NCBI GenBank assembly: GCA_965261005.1
Contig: OZ253375.1
Coordinates: 2,112,001 to 2,176,000 of the forward strand
Origin: Deinococcus sp.
GTDB taxonomy: Bacteria; Deinococcota; Deinococci; Deinococcales; Deinococcaceae
Reading direction: 5' to 3'
DNA length: 64,000 nucleotides
Of this stretch, positions 19,022-29,171 are shown in pieces. The notes beneath the pieces are model-generated. The model saw nothing but the letters and a program-made list of their open reading frames with translations, did no database searches and was not told where the DNA came from. Position 1 is the stretch's first letter; each line of letters starts with the position of its first letter. Made by a program: the position numbers and the translations under genes.

Positions 19022-19597
19022 CTAGCCGCCTTGCGGCTTGAGCACAAAGGAGACGTCGAGGGTGGTGGTCTGGTCGGCGCCCGTGACCACGACGCCGTGG
19101 TCTTTCGGCTGCACCTTAAACTGGGTCCTCACCTCGACGTTTTCGCCGCGCCGGGTGAGCTTGATGGGGGCCGTGAGCGGGCGCTCCACGCCTTTCAGGC
19201 TGATCAGGCCGCTGGCGGTCGCGCTGACGATCTGGCCTTCGGGCAGGCTCCGCGCGCCGCTGAGCTGCTTGAGGGTGAACACCACGTTGGGAAACTGGTC
19301 GGCGCCGAGCGCCTCCCTGGCGTGGCGGTCGCGCAGCGCGATGCCGGTCTTGAGGTCGTCCAGCTTGACCGTGATGATGGCGCTGGCCCCCGCGAGGTTC
19401 TGCGGATCGAAGCTGGCCTGGGCGCTTAGATCGCCCAAGTCGCCCGACACCGGAATCAGGGTCACGCGGTAATCGAAGTGGGCCTTGGCGCCGCCCGCCG
19501 CCGTGTAGCTGGCGCCTTGGGCGGTGGCCACGCTGCTCAGCAGCGGCAGTCCCAGCAGCGTCAAACCTAGAACTGCGCTTTTGTTTGGTCTCCTCAT
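19022..19597 (-). CDS. YceI-family protein
   Basis: Signal peptide; LKTGIALRDRH...QFP, GLISLKGVER; AGGAGG RBS. Confidence 0.9.
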   Translation of the reverse strand: MRRPNKSAVLGLTLLGLPLLSSVATAQGASYTAAGGAKAHFDYRVTLIPVSGDLGDLSAQASFDPQNLAGASAIITVKLDDLKTGIALRDRHAREALGADQFPNVVFTLKQLSGARSLPEGQIVSATASGLISLKGVERPLTAPIKLTRRGENVEVRTQFKVQPKDHGVVVTGADQTTTLDVSFVLKPQGG

Positions 19598-19730
19598 CTG
19601 TCCTCCTTGAACGGCTTACCCCGGTTCAAATGAACTTCCGCCCCGCCCCCACACGTACCCCTTTTAGAACTTCATGACCTACGCGATGCCCATGCCCAGA
19701 AAAAACACGTTCTCCGCTAGAGTGAGCGAG

Positions 19731-20303
19731 ATGGTGTCGCCCCCAGATGCCGAATTGGTCGCCCGTTTGCTGCGGCGCGACGAGTCCGCCCTCGGCGCGC
19801 TCTACGACCGCCACTCGGGCGCCATGTACGGCCTCGCGCTCAAGCTGCTCTCGGACGCGGACGCCGCCCAGGAGGTGGTGCAGGACGCCTTTTTGAACTT
19901 GTGGGAGCGCCCGGGCCGCTTCGATGCGGGGCGCGCCGAGTTGCGCGCTTACTTCCTGGTGGTGGTGCGCAGCCGCTCGCTCGACCGCCTGCGGCGCGAA
20001 AAGGGCCATTTGCCGCTCTTCAGCGAGGAGGGCGACGAGTTTCCGATGCCCGACGAGCGCGTGGACTTGCAGGGTGCGGCCGAGCAGGTCGCGCTGTCCG
20101 GTCAGGTGCGCGCCGCGCTGGTGGGCCTGAGCGCCGCGCACCGCGAGACGGTGGAGCGGGCCTACTTCGGGGACCAGTCGCGCGAGGAGATCGCCGAGGT
20201 GATGGGCGTGCCGGTGGGCACGGTCAAGAGCCGCCTGAAGTACGCGCTGGACAAGTTGAGGGGCGTGCTGGTCAGCCGGGACGCGGTGGGGTGGGACGAA
20301 TGA
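19731..20303 (+). CDS. ECF sigma factor (SigK-like)
   Basis: LYDRH, EVVQDAF, EIAEVMGVPVGTVKSRL; TAGAGT-N7-ATG (alternative start 19674). Confidence 0.9.
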   Translation: MVSPPDAELVARLLRRDESALGALYDRHSGAMYGLALKLLSDADAAQEVVQDAFLNLWERPGRFDAGRAELRAYFLVVVRSRSLDRLRREKGHLPLFSEEGDEFPMPDERVDLQGAAEQVALSGQVRAALVGLSAAHRETVERAYFGDQSREEIAEVMGVPVGTVKSRLKYALDKLRGVLVSRDAVGWDE

Positions 20304-21496
20304 GGGACGAACCCATGACCTGCTCTCAGGTGCGTGAGGCGCTGGAGGACGCGCTGCTGTACGGCGGCCCGCTGCCGGCGGAAGCGCGCGCCCACTTGGA
20401 GGACTGCCCGGACTGCCGCGAGTTGGCCCGTGAGTTGGGCGGCCTGAACGCGGCCCTGCTGGGGAGTGTGCCCGAGGTGGCGCCGCCGCCGCAGCTGAGA
20501 ACGCGCGTGCTGGCGGCGGCCCGCGCCCAAAGTCGGCTTGAGCGTACCGCCGCGCGCCGCCGCACGTGGACCCTCGGCGCCGGCCTGGCCGCCGCGCTGG
20601 CGCTGGCGGTCTGGTGGCCGCAGCACGCCGGCACCGCCAGCGCGGCGGGCCTGCCCGACCCGGCAGTGGTGGTCTCGCTGGGCGACACCTTGGTGGTCGC
20701 CAACAACGTCGCCGGCGCGGCCCCGGTCAGCTTGGTCAGTCCGGCGGGCAAGGTGACCCCGGTGAAGCTGACCACGCCCCAACCGGCCTGGTTCACCGAG
20801 GGCGTGCGCGCGGGCCACCTGGTTTACCTGGCCGACGCCGGCAACAACCGCGTGGTGGTGCTGGACGCGAACAGCGGCCGAGTGGTGGCCGAGCATCCCA
20901 TGTCGGGCGGCGTGGCGGGCCTCGCCGTGGTGAACGGGCAGGTGATCTGTAAGATGGCGGACGGCACGCTGGGACCGCTGCACGGCGCCATGCAGCGGGT
21001 CGCGCCTGGGGTCAAAACACCCCTGGTGGACGTGATGGACGCGGTGGCGGCGCGCGGGAAGACCCTCTACGTCACCCACCACGCCCAGGGCGAGGTGCTG
21101 CTGCTGGACCAGGCCAGCCTGACCGTCAAGCGCCGCGTGCGTCTCGGCGGCGCGCCGGTCGCCCTCGCGGTCACGCGGGACGGCGTGCTGGCCCTCGACA
21201 CCGCCGGCGGCCAGCTGATTTGGCTGAGCGAGGCGGGCGACGTGACCCGGCGCGTGGCGCTTGCGGGCCATCCCGACAAGCTGGCGCTGTCCGGCGACTC
21301 GGCCTACGTCAGCGACCGGGCCGGGCGGGTGACGCGTGTCAACCTCGCCAGCGGCCGTCAACTCAGCAAGACCTTCGACCACCCCATGGACCTCGCGACC
21401 ATGCCAGGCGGCCACCTCGCCCTCGCGGACGGGGACGGCGGCCTCAAGATTCTGGACGCCGACCTGGACGTGATGCACACCTACGGCGGGCGCTGA
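20300..21496 (+). CDS. Putative anti-sigma: HxxxCxxC zinc motif, TM, extracytoplasmic beta-propeller
   Basis: HLEDCPDC, PPPQLRTRVL, TM, repeated VYLAD/LYVT/AYVSD blades; ATGA overlap. Confidence 0.8.
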   Translation: MRDEPMTCSQVREALEDALLYGGPLPAEARAHLEDCPDCRELARELGGLNAALLGSVPEVAPPPQLRTRVLAAARAQSRLERTAARRRTWTLGAGLAAALALAVWWPQHAGTASAAGLPDPAVVVSLGDTLVVANNVAGAAPVSLVSPAGKVTPVKLTTPQPAWFTEGVRAGHLVYLADAGNNRVVVLDANSGRVVAEHPMSGGVAGLAVVNGQVICKMADGTLGPLHGAMQRVAPGVKTPLVDVMDAVAARGKTLYVTHHAQGEVLLLDQASLTVKRRVRLGGAPVALAVTRDGVLALDTAGGQLIWLSEAGDVTRRVALAGHPDKLALSGDSAYVSDRAGRVTRVNLASGRQLSKTFDHPMDLATMPGGHLALADGDGGLKILDADLDVMHTYGGR

Positions 21497-21516
21497 GCCG
21501 TAAGAATTGGGCCATA

Positions 21517-21555
21517 AGAAGCGGGGGAAGTCCTTGAAAGACTTCCCCCGCTTCT
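21517..21555. terminator. Bidirectional terminator hairpin
   Basis: 16-bp perfect stem AGAAGCGGGGGAAGTC/GACTTCCCCCGCTTCT between convergent genes. Confidence 0.85.
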
Positions 21556-21575
21556 CTTGTCATCTTGTCAAGGCG

Positions 21576-22022
21576 TCAAATATTGGCCGGCTCGTCGTCA
21601 CTGGGCCGGAACGCCTTGGGCGCCAGCTTGGCGACCGAGAGCCAGAAGCGCTCAAAGGAGCGCACCACGTCCAGGAACTCCGGCAAGCTGACCGGCTTGG
21701 GCACGTAGGCGTTGGCGTGCAAGTTGTAGCTGCGCCACACGTCCGTATCGGCCAGGGAAGTCGTGAGCACCACCACCGGAATGTTGCGCAGGGTGTCGTG
21801 CGCCTTGAGTTCGCGCAGCACGTCCAGCCCGTTCATGCGCGGCATGTTGAGGTCGAGCAAAATCACGTCCGGGGTGGGCGCGTCCTCGCGCTGCAAGAAT
21901 TCCATCGCCTCGACGCCGTCGCGCGCCACGTGAATGCGCCCCTTCACCGCCGCTTCCTCAAAGGCCAGCTGCGTCAGCATCACGTCGGCCTCGCTGTCGT
22001 CCACGAGCAAGATGTCAATCAT
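21576..22022 (-). CDS. Single-domain response regulator (Rcp1-like), no adjacent kinase
   Basis: ILLVDD, LLDLNMP, VVLTTS, ANAYVPKP, FW tail. Confidence 0.9.
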   Translation of the reverse strand: MIDILLVDDSEADVMLTQLAFEEAAVKGRIHVARDGVEAMEFLQREDAPTPDVILLDLNMPRMNGLDVLRELKAHDTLRNIPVVVLTTSLADTDVWRSYNLHANAYVPKPVSLPEFLDVVRSFERFWLSVAKLAPKAFRPSDDEPANI

Positions 22023-22328
22023 GGTGAACCCTCCCAAACGGCCCGCAGGCGGACGTTTTTCTCCTGCCCAAGATAACGTCTTTTCCCAAACGGCACAAAA
22101 AAGGACCCCCGCGCGTGGGGGGCCGAACTCGGGTATGCCGCTCTATGCTCAGCCGCTCTATGTCCAAAGGTCTATGCCCGGACATAGGTCTTTGGGCAGT
22201 TCTCCGCCGGCGCGCCCGACCGTACCGTGATGCCAACCCAAGCGGCGAACCAAACAGAAGCGCGCGGGGCCAAGGAGAGAGGAAATGAAAAAAGGATTGC
22301 TCATACGGATTCTAGAAACGCGGAGCGG

Positions 22329-22508
22329 ATGGGAAAGGCTACCGCCTACCGTGTGACGTACCGCCAGCAAGGCCAGCAGATCGTCGCCGATCAAACCCTG
22401 ACCTTTAAAAAGGACGTCGTGCAGCCGCAGGAATACGAGCAATTCCGCGAGCAACTGCTGAGCGCGGTGCGCGCCGCCGAGGCCCAACTGCTGCTCGAAA
22501 AGGAGTAG
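22329..22508 (+). pseudogene. Short ORF, possibly a C-terminal remnant of a larger protein
   Basis: Coding-like sequence beginning inside a repeat remnant at 22302-22337. Confidence 0.35.
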
Positions 22509-22550
22509 CGCGCCGTTTGTGCCCCCGCAAGCCAGCATTGCGGGGGCACA

Positions 22551-23966
22551 ATGGCGTTCATGTGGAACAGCACCTACCGCCGAACCGTCCTGGACCCCGA
22601 CTACCTTTACGCCCGCGAACACCTGCTGCCGCACTTCTTCGACGCCCTGAGCGCGCACGTCACGATGCTGGATTCTCTCGGCGTTCCGCACGCCGGCGCG
22701 GCGCTGACGGTTCTGCGGGCCATGCGCGCCCGGCCCTTCCCGCCCCCCGACCCCGCCGTCGAGGACGTGTTCTTCACGATAGACCGCCAACTTGCCGGGG
22801 AGAACCTGGGCGCCGCCGGGGCGCTGCGCACCGCCCTGTCACGCAACGACCTCGACATGACGGTGTACCGCCTGAGCGCGCGTGAAGCCTGCCTGGGCGC
22901 CCAAGGTGAAGTGCTGGCCCTGCGCGCGGCGCTGCTGGAGCTTGCCGGGCGCGAGGCTGAGACCGTGATCGTCGCCCACACCCACCACCAGCCCGCCCAA
23001 CCGACCACGCTGGCGCACTACCTCTGCGCGCTGGAGAACGTGCTGTCGCGCGACACGGGGCGGCTGGAGAACGCCCTCGCGCGGGTGAATTTGTCGCCGA
23101 TGGGCGCGGTGGCGCTGGCCGGCAGCGGCTTTCCCCTCGACCGCGACCTGACCGCGCGCCTCTTGGCCTTTGACCGGCCCGTCGAAAATACCTATGACGC
23201 CGTTTCCGCCGGCGACTGGCAAGTGGAGTTGGCCGGCGCGGTGACGACCTGCGCCACCACGCTGTCGCGCGCCCTGTATGACCTGCTGCTGTGGGCGTCG
23301 CGCGGCCTGCTCACGCTGGCGGACGGCTTGGTGCAGGGATCGAGCGTGATGCCGCAGAAGCGCAACCCGGTCGCGCTGGAGCACGCCCGCACCAAGTTGG
23401 GCCGGGCGCTGGGCGGGGCGCAAAGCGTGATTTTCTGCGCCCACAACGTTCCCTTCGGTGACGTGAACGACGTCGGCGCGGACGTGCAGCCGGCCCTGCA
23501 CGCCATGTGGCGCGAGTTCGGCGAGGCGCTGGAATTGCTGACCGTCTCGCTGGAGGCGCCGCACCTTGACCGCGACGCTTGGCTGAGAGAAGCCCAGTCC
23601 GGCGAGAGCGCCGTGACCGAGCTGGCCGACGCCCTCACCCGGCACGCGGGCGGCGACTTTCGCGCCGGGCACCGCGCGGCGCGGCAACTACTGGAAGCGT
23701 TGCGCGAACAGGGCCGCCCCCTGTCGAGCGCGACGGCCGCCGACTTGGCCGAGATCGGTTGGGACGTGCCGCAGGACCTCATCTCGGACGCCCTCGACCC
23801 GCGCGCCTTTGTCGCTCGGCGGCAAACTTTTGGCGGCCCGGCGCCGGACGTGGTGCGCGCCCACCTGGCGTTCGCGGGGGCGCGTCTTGCTCGGGATTTC
23901 GAGACACGTCAAGCCTGGAAAGAACGGCTCGCCGCCGCCCGCTCGGTTCTATCGGGCGCTTCATAA
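22551..23966 (+). CDS. Argininosuccinate-lyase/fumarase-superfamily lyase
   Basis: SRND, THHQPAQP, GSSVMPQKRNP signature. Confidence 0.88.
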   Translation: MAFMWNSTYRRTVLDPDYLYAREHLLPHFFDALSAHVTMLDSLGVPHAGAALTVLRAMRARPFPPPDPAVEDVFFTIDRQLAGENLGAAGALRTALSRNDLDMTVYRLSAREACLGAQGEVLALRAALLELAGREAETVIVAHTHHQPAQPTTLAHYLCALENVLSRDTGRLENALARVNLSPMGAVALAGSGFPLDRDLTARLLAFDRPVENTYDAVSAGDWQVELAGAVTTCATTLSRALYDLLLWASRGLLTLADGLVQGSSVMPQKRNPVALEHARTKLGRALGGAQSVIFCAHNVPFGDVNDVGADVQPALHAMWREFGEALELLTVSLEAPHLDRDAWLREAQSGESAVTELADALTRHAGGDFRAGHRAARQLLEALREQGRPLSSATAADLAEIGWDVPQDLISDALDPRAFVARRQTFGGPAPDVVRAHLAFAGARLARDFETRQAWKERLAAARSVLSGAS

Positions 23967-24023
23967 CGTAGAGACCAATGAACGGCTGCCCACTCGCCTA
24001 GAATCCGCTTCTCAGGAGGCTCC

Positions 24024-25268
24024 ATGAAGAAACTCGCGCTGCTGTTCACCGCCGCCCTCGCTGGCTCGGCCGCCGCCGCCCCCGTCACCATCACCTACTG
24101 GCAGTACGACTACGCCAGCAAGGTTGAGACCATGAACCGCTTGATCCAGCAGTTCGAGGCGCAGAATCCCAATATCACCGTCAAGCAGGAGACTTTTCCC
24201 TACGACGCCTACAGCCAGAAGGTCGCGACCAGCGTGCCCACCGGGCAGGGGCCGGACGTGGTGAACCTCTACTATGGTTGGCTGCCGCAGTACGTCAAGG
24301 CCGGCTACCTGCAACCCCTGCCCGCCAAGGACTTTCCCACGCGCGAGATCGAGTCGAACTACGCCCCGATGGTCAAGGTGAGCGAGCAGAACGGCAAGTT
24401 CTACGCGCTGCCCACCGCCGTGCGGACCTTGGCGCTGTTTTACAACAAGGACCTCTTCAAGCAGGCGGGCATCACCCAGCCGCCGCGCACCTGGGACGAC
24501 TTCATCAAGGACGCCCAGAAGATCGTCAAGGGGACGCCGCCGCGCTTCCAGACGCTGGGCTTCGGCATCCAGCCCAACGGGCAGGACTACCACGTGCTGC
24601 GCGAAGTCTTGCTGCGGCAGTTCGGCGGTCAGCCTTACAGCAAGGACGGCTCGCAGGTGACGTACAACAGCGACGCGGGCGTGAAGGCCATGACCTTTTA
24701 CACCGACCTCTACACCAAGTACAAGCTGGGCGTGCCCAACTTTTTCCCCGGCGACAACAGCTACCGTGACGCCTTTATCGCCGGCAAGGTCGGCATGATC
24801 GTAGACGGCTCCTTTGCGGTCGGGACCATCACCAAGGGGGCCAAGTTCGATTGGGGCGTGGCGCCGCTGCCGGTCCTGAAGCAAGGCGGGACGCGCGCCA
24901 ACTTCGGCTCGTATTGGGTGAACGGCATCACCAAGAACGCCACCGGCGACAAGCTGGACGCCTCGGTCAAGTTCCTCAAGTTCCTGACCAGCGACGCGAC
25001 CCAGCGCGAGTGGCTGAAAAGTGTCGGCGAGCTGCCCGCCAGCCGCAAGCTCGCCAACGACCCGGCCCTGCGCAAGGACCCCGTCTACGGCCCCTTCGTG
25101 TATGGCCTGCCCTTCGCGTCCTCCACCGTCTTCGTGGACGAGGCCGGCCAGCGCAAGGCTTGGGTGGACGCCATCAACACCGTTCTCTTGCAAGGCAAGA
25201 CCCCCGAGAGCGCCGTCAAGCAGGCGGCGGCGAGCGAGCAGAAGATCCTCGACGGTTACTACAAGTAA
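24024..25268 (+). CDS. Carbohydrate-type ABC substrate-binding protein
   Basis: Signal peptide, GPDV, LFYNKDLF, PRTWDDF; AGGAGG RBS. Confidence 0.9.
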   Translation: MKKLALLFTAALAGSAAAAPVTITYWQYDYASKVETMNRLIQQFEAQNPNITVKQETFPYDAYSQKVATSVPTGQGPDVVNLYYGWLPQYVKAGYLQPLPAKDFPTREIESNYAPMVKVSEQNGKFYALPTAVRTLALFYNKDLFKQAGITQPPRTWDDFIKDAQKIVKGTPPRFQTLGFGIQPNGQDYHVLREVLLRQFGGQPYSKDGSQVTYNSDAGVKAMTFYTDLYTKYKLGVPNFFPGDNSYRDAFIAGKVGMIVDGSFAVGTITKGAKFDWGVAPLPVLKQGGTRANFGSYWVNGITKNATGDKLDASVKFLKFLTSDATQREWLKSVGELPASRKLANDPALRKDPVYGPFVYGLPFASSTVFVDEAGQRKAWVDAINTVLLQGKTPESAVKQAAASEQKILDGYYK

Positions 25269-25293
25269 ACCAAGCCAAAACTTCTCGGTCTTT

Positions 25294-25335
25294 CTCCCCT
25301 CTCCCCCTGCGGGAGAGGGGCCGGGGGTGAGGGGG
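25294..25335. repeat. REP-like palindromic repeat
   Basis: CCCCTCTCCC..GGGAGAGGGG.CCGGGGGTGAGGGG; similar copy at 63848. Confidence 0.75.
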
Positions 25336-25376
25336 CTACCGAGCATGCTTGAGAAACACGCCCAAAGTCGGCCCGT

Positions 25377-26312
25377 ATGAGCAGTGTGCCGTCGGTCGCT
25401 CCCGCGCGCCCCGCCCGGCGCGGCCTCAGCCTGAAGCAGCGCCAGGCCCGGACGGCCTACACCTTCCTGATCGTCCCGCTGCTGTTCTTTCTGATCGTGC
25501 GCTTCGTGCCGACCCTCAGCGCGCTGCGGCTGAGTTTGTACGAGTACAGCATTCTGGGCGAAAGCCGGCCCTTCGTGGGGTTGGAGAACTACCGTCAGCT
25601 CGCGGCGGACGCCACCTTCGGGCGGGCGCTGCTGAACACCGCCCTGTACACCCTGATCGGCGTGCCCGCTCAGGTGGTGCTGGGCCTGGCGGTGGCGCTG
25701 CTGCTTTCGCGGGTGACCCTGCTGCGCGGCCTCTACCGGGCGCTGTACTTCGCCCCCTACGTCACGCCCATCGTGGCGGCGGCCTGGGTGTGGCAGTGGG
25801 TCTTCAGCCCGCAGTTCGGGCCGGTCAACACCTTTTTGGTGGCGCTGCACCTGCCGCCGCAGAACTTCCTGAACTCACCCGCCCAAGCGCTGCCCACCGC
25901 CGCCGCGCTGGTGGTGTGGCAGAATTTGGGCTTTCAGATCGTGCTGTTTCTGGCGGGCTTGGCGGCCATTCCGCGCACCTTTTACGAGGCGGCCGAAATT
26001 GACGGCGGCACGCCTTGGCAAGTCTTTTCGCGCGTCACCCTGCCGCTGCTGAACCCCACCATCGTCTTCAGCGTCGTGACCGGCACCATCGGCTACCTGC
26101 AACTGTTCACGCAGGTCGTCAACCTCAACTTCACCGACCAAGGCGGGCCGCTCGGCAGCACCCTGACGGTGGCGCTGTACATCTACCAAATGGCCTTCGG
26201 GCGCTTCCAGATGGGCTTCGCGGCGGCCATGACGGTGGTCCTGTTCGTGATTATTCTTATTATCACCCTGCTGCAACTGCGCTTCCTGACGCGCCGGTTC
26301 GAGTACTCGTGA
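25377..26312 (+). CDS. Carbohydrate ABC permease
   Basis: FVGLENY, YEAAEIDGG EAA motif. Confidence 0.92.
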   Translation: MSSVPSVAPARPARRGLSLKQRQARTAYTFLIVPLLFFLIVRFVPTLSALRLSLYEYSILGESRPFVGLENYRQLAADATFGRALLNTALYTLIGVPAQVVLGLAVALLLSRVTLLRGLYRALYFAPYVTPIVAAAWVWQWVFSPQFGPVNTFLVALHLPPQNFLNSPAQALPTAAALVVWQNLGFQIVLFLAGLAAIPRTFYEAAEIDGGTPWQVFSRVTLPLLNPTIVFSVVTGTIGYLQLFTQVVNLNFTDQGGPLGSTLTVALYIYQMAFGRFQMGFAAAMTVVLFVIILIITLLQLRFLTRRFEYS

Positions 26313-27154
26313 CGGCGGTTGCGCGGGGACGCTCCAAGCTGGGCACCACCTTGGCCTACGTCGTCCTGACCCTCGGCGTTGCCCTCACGCTGTTTCCCTT
26401 TTTATGGATGCTGCTGACCAGCTTCAAGGGCTTTCAGGAATTGTTCGACCTCTCGTTTCTGCCAAGCAGCCCCACGCTGGACAACTACCGCCAGGTGCTC
26501 GGCCAGACGGCCTACCTGCGCTGGTTCGGTAACAGTTTGCTGATCGCGGGCGTCGCGACCGCCAGCGTGCTGTTCTTCGACTCGCTGGTCGGCTACGCCC
26601 TGGAGAAGTTCGACTTTCCCGGCAAAAATGTTGTCTTTGTGCTGATCCTCTCCACGCTGATGATTCCGACCGAGATGCTGGTGCTGCCGTGGTACGTGGG
26701 TGTGGTGGACTTGGGGCTACAAAAGACCCCCCCCGGCGCCTACCTGGCCGTCCTGTTTCCCGGCTTGATGAGCGCTTTTGGGGTCTTCCTGATGCGGCAG
26801 TTCTTCTCCACCGTTCCCAACGACGTGCTGGAGGCCGCGCGCATTGACGGGATGGGCGAGTTCGGCATCTTTTGGCGTATTGCCCTGCCGCTGGTCCGGC
26901 CGGCGCTGGCGAGCCTGGCCATTTTCACCTTTCTGGGCAACTGGAATGCCTTTTTGTGGCCGCTGATCGCCATCCAGCAGCCGCAGTACCGCACCCTGCC
27001 GGTGGGCCTCGCCTTGTTCAGCGGCGAGGCGGGCACCCAGTGGGGCCTGATCATGGCGGCCTCCAGCCTCGCGGTCGTGCCGGTGCTGCTCGTCTTTGCG
27101 TTTTTCCAGCGACAGATCATCGAGGGGATCGTGCTGACGGGAATGAAGAGCTGA
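26309..27154 (+). CDS. Carbohydrate ABC permease
   Basis: EAARIDG, WNAFLWPL; GTGA overlap. Confidence 0.92.
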   Translation: MTAVARGRSKLGTTLAYVVLTLGVALTLFPFLWMLLTSFKGFQELFDLSFLPSSPTLDNYRQVLGQTAYLRWFGNSLLIAGVATASVLFFDSLVGYALEKFDFPGKNVVFVLILSTLMIPTEMLVLPWYVGVVDLGLQKTPPGAYLAVLFPGLMSAFGVFLMRQFFSTVPNDVLEAARIDGMGEFGIFWRIALPLVRPALASLAIFTFLGNWNAFLWPLIAIQQPQYRTLPVGLALFSGEAGTQWGLIMAASSLAVVPVLLVFAFFQRQIIEGIVLTGMKS

Positions 27155-27186
27155 GCATCCCGCCCCAAAGCACCTACAGTGGGGGC

Positions 27187-27894
27187 ATGACCACGACCTC
27201 TCCGGCTTCCCAGCAACTCCACTTTCACTCGGACGGCCGCGACCTGGAGGCTTACCTCGCCCGGCCGGAAGGGAAAGGCCCCTTTCCCGGCGTGGTGGTC
27301 ATCCACGAGATTTTCGGGCTGAACGACAACATCCGTGAGGTGGCGGGCCGCTTCGCGCGTGAGGGGTACGTGGCGATGGCGGTGGACTTGTTCGCGAACC
27401 AGAACCGCGCGGTGTGCATGGCGCGCCTGATGGGCGGGATGCTGCTCCGGCCGCTGGGGAACAGCGGCGTGCGCGACCTGAGCGCCGCCCTCGACCGGCT
27501 GATGGTACAGGACGGCGTGGACCCCACCCGCTTGGGGGCCATCGGCTTTTGTATGGGAGGCGGCCTGGCGCTGGCGCTCGCCTGCACCGACGGGCGCTTG
27601 GGGGCGGTGGCCCCCTACTACGGCACGAACCCGCGCCCGCTGGAGGCCGTGCGGCGCTCCTGCCCGGTGGTCGGCTCGTACCCCTCGCCGGACTTCACCA
27701 CGGCGGACGGCAAAAAGCTGGACGCCACCTTGGAGGAGTACGGCGTGCCGCACGACATCAAAATCTACCAAGGGACTAGGCACTCCTTTTTCAATGACCA
27801 CGGCCCCAGCTTCGATGAGGCGGCCAGCGAGGATTCCTGGCGGCGGGTGATGGACTTTTTCGGGGAGCACGTGGCGGGGGAGAAGACGGTTTAG
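27187..27894 (+). CDS. Dienelactone hydrolase family
   Basis: HEIFGL, GFCMGG, HSFFND; TACAGT-N6-ATG. Confidence 0.92.
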   Translation: MTTTSPASQQLHFHSDGRDLEAYLARPEGKGPFPGVVVIHEIFGLNDNIREVAGRFAREGYVAMAVDLFANQNRAVCMARLMGGMLLRPLGNSGVRDLSAALDRLMVQDGVDPTRLGAIGFCMGGGLALALACTDGRLGAVAPYYGTNPRPLEAVRRSCPVVGSYPSPDFTTADGKKLDATLEEYGVPHDIKIYQGTRHSFFNDHGPSFDEAASEDSWRRVMDFFGEHVAGEKTV

Positions 27895-27974
27895 CGCGCC
27901 AGGGAACCCCCCACCCCCGCAAGGGGGGAGGGGTGAAGTGAATTGAAATAGTCAACGCCGCAAAAGTCTTTCTC

Positions 27975-28607
27975 TCAGGTGTCCGCCGGCAGGACGGCTG
28001 CAAGCCAGTCCTGTACGTCAGCTAGGGTGCCCTCAACCGGCTTCGCGGACGTGTCCAGATGATGGATGTTGTCCCCACGGGCGCGCCGCAGGTGACCGTT
28101 AAAGGTCCGCATCGCCTGAATGAAGCCGTCGCCTCCCGATTCGCGCCACGCGGGCCGGCCCCGCAGGCGCGCGGCAAGCACGTCGTCCGGGCAGCTCAGC
28201 ACCAGAAAGGTCAGCCCGTCGAAGTAGCGGCCGAGGGGGTGCGCCCCCAGGTCGGCGGGCATGGCGCTGGTGAACAGCACGGTCGTGACCCGGCTCTGGT
28301 TCACGTTCAGGGCGGTGCGCAAGAGGGCGGCCCGGAAGGCGCCGTACCCGTCGTGGGGCGTGTCGTAGTGCGGTCCCCAGAGGATGTCGTTCTCGAAGCA
28401 GAAGAAGTCGGGCAGCCTGGGGGCCAAGCGCGCCGCCAAGGTGGACTTGCCGCTGCCGCTCGCGCCCGTGACGACCGGCAGCGGCCGAAAGCGAAAGGGC
28501 CGCGCGAGGTGACAGGTCGGGCAGACGGCCTCGGCCTGACCGGGCGCGGCGCGGCGAATCTCGTGGTCGAGGGCGGCCTCACCGCAGCGGGAGCAGATCA
28601 GGAACAT
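27975..28607 (-). CDS. P-loop kinase with N-terminal zinc ribbon
   Basis: CSRC...CPTC; GASGSGKST. Confidence 0.75.
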   Translation of the reverse strand: MFLICSRCGEAALDHEIRRAAPGQAEAVCPTCHLARPFRFRPLPVVTGASGSGKSTLAARLAPRLPDFFCFENDILWGPHYDTPHDGYGAFRAALLRTALNVNQSRVTTVLFTSAMPADLGAHPLGRYFDGLTFLVLSCPDDVLAARLRGRPAWRESGGDGFIQAMRTFNGHLRRARGDNIHHLDTSAKPVEGTLADVQDWLAAVLPADT

Positions 28608-28619
28608 GACGGGTTCAGC

Positions 28620-29167
<548 letters not shown>

Positions 29168-29171
<4 letters not shown>

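Noticed and set aside
22551..23966. Labelling as argH
   Set aside because: Superfamily motif is present, but the N-terminus and gene context are atypical; symbol withheld
24012..25850. 612-aa minus-strand ORF
   Set aside because: Antisense shadow of the ABC transporter genes
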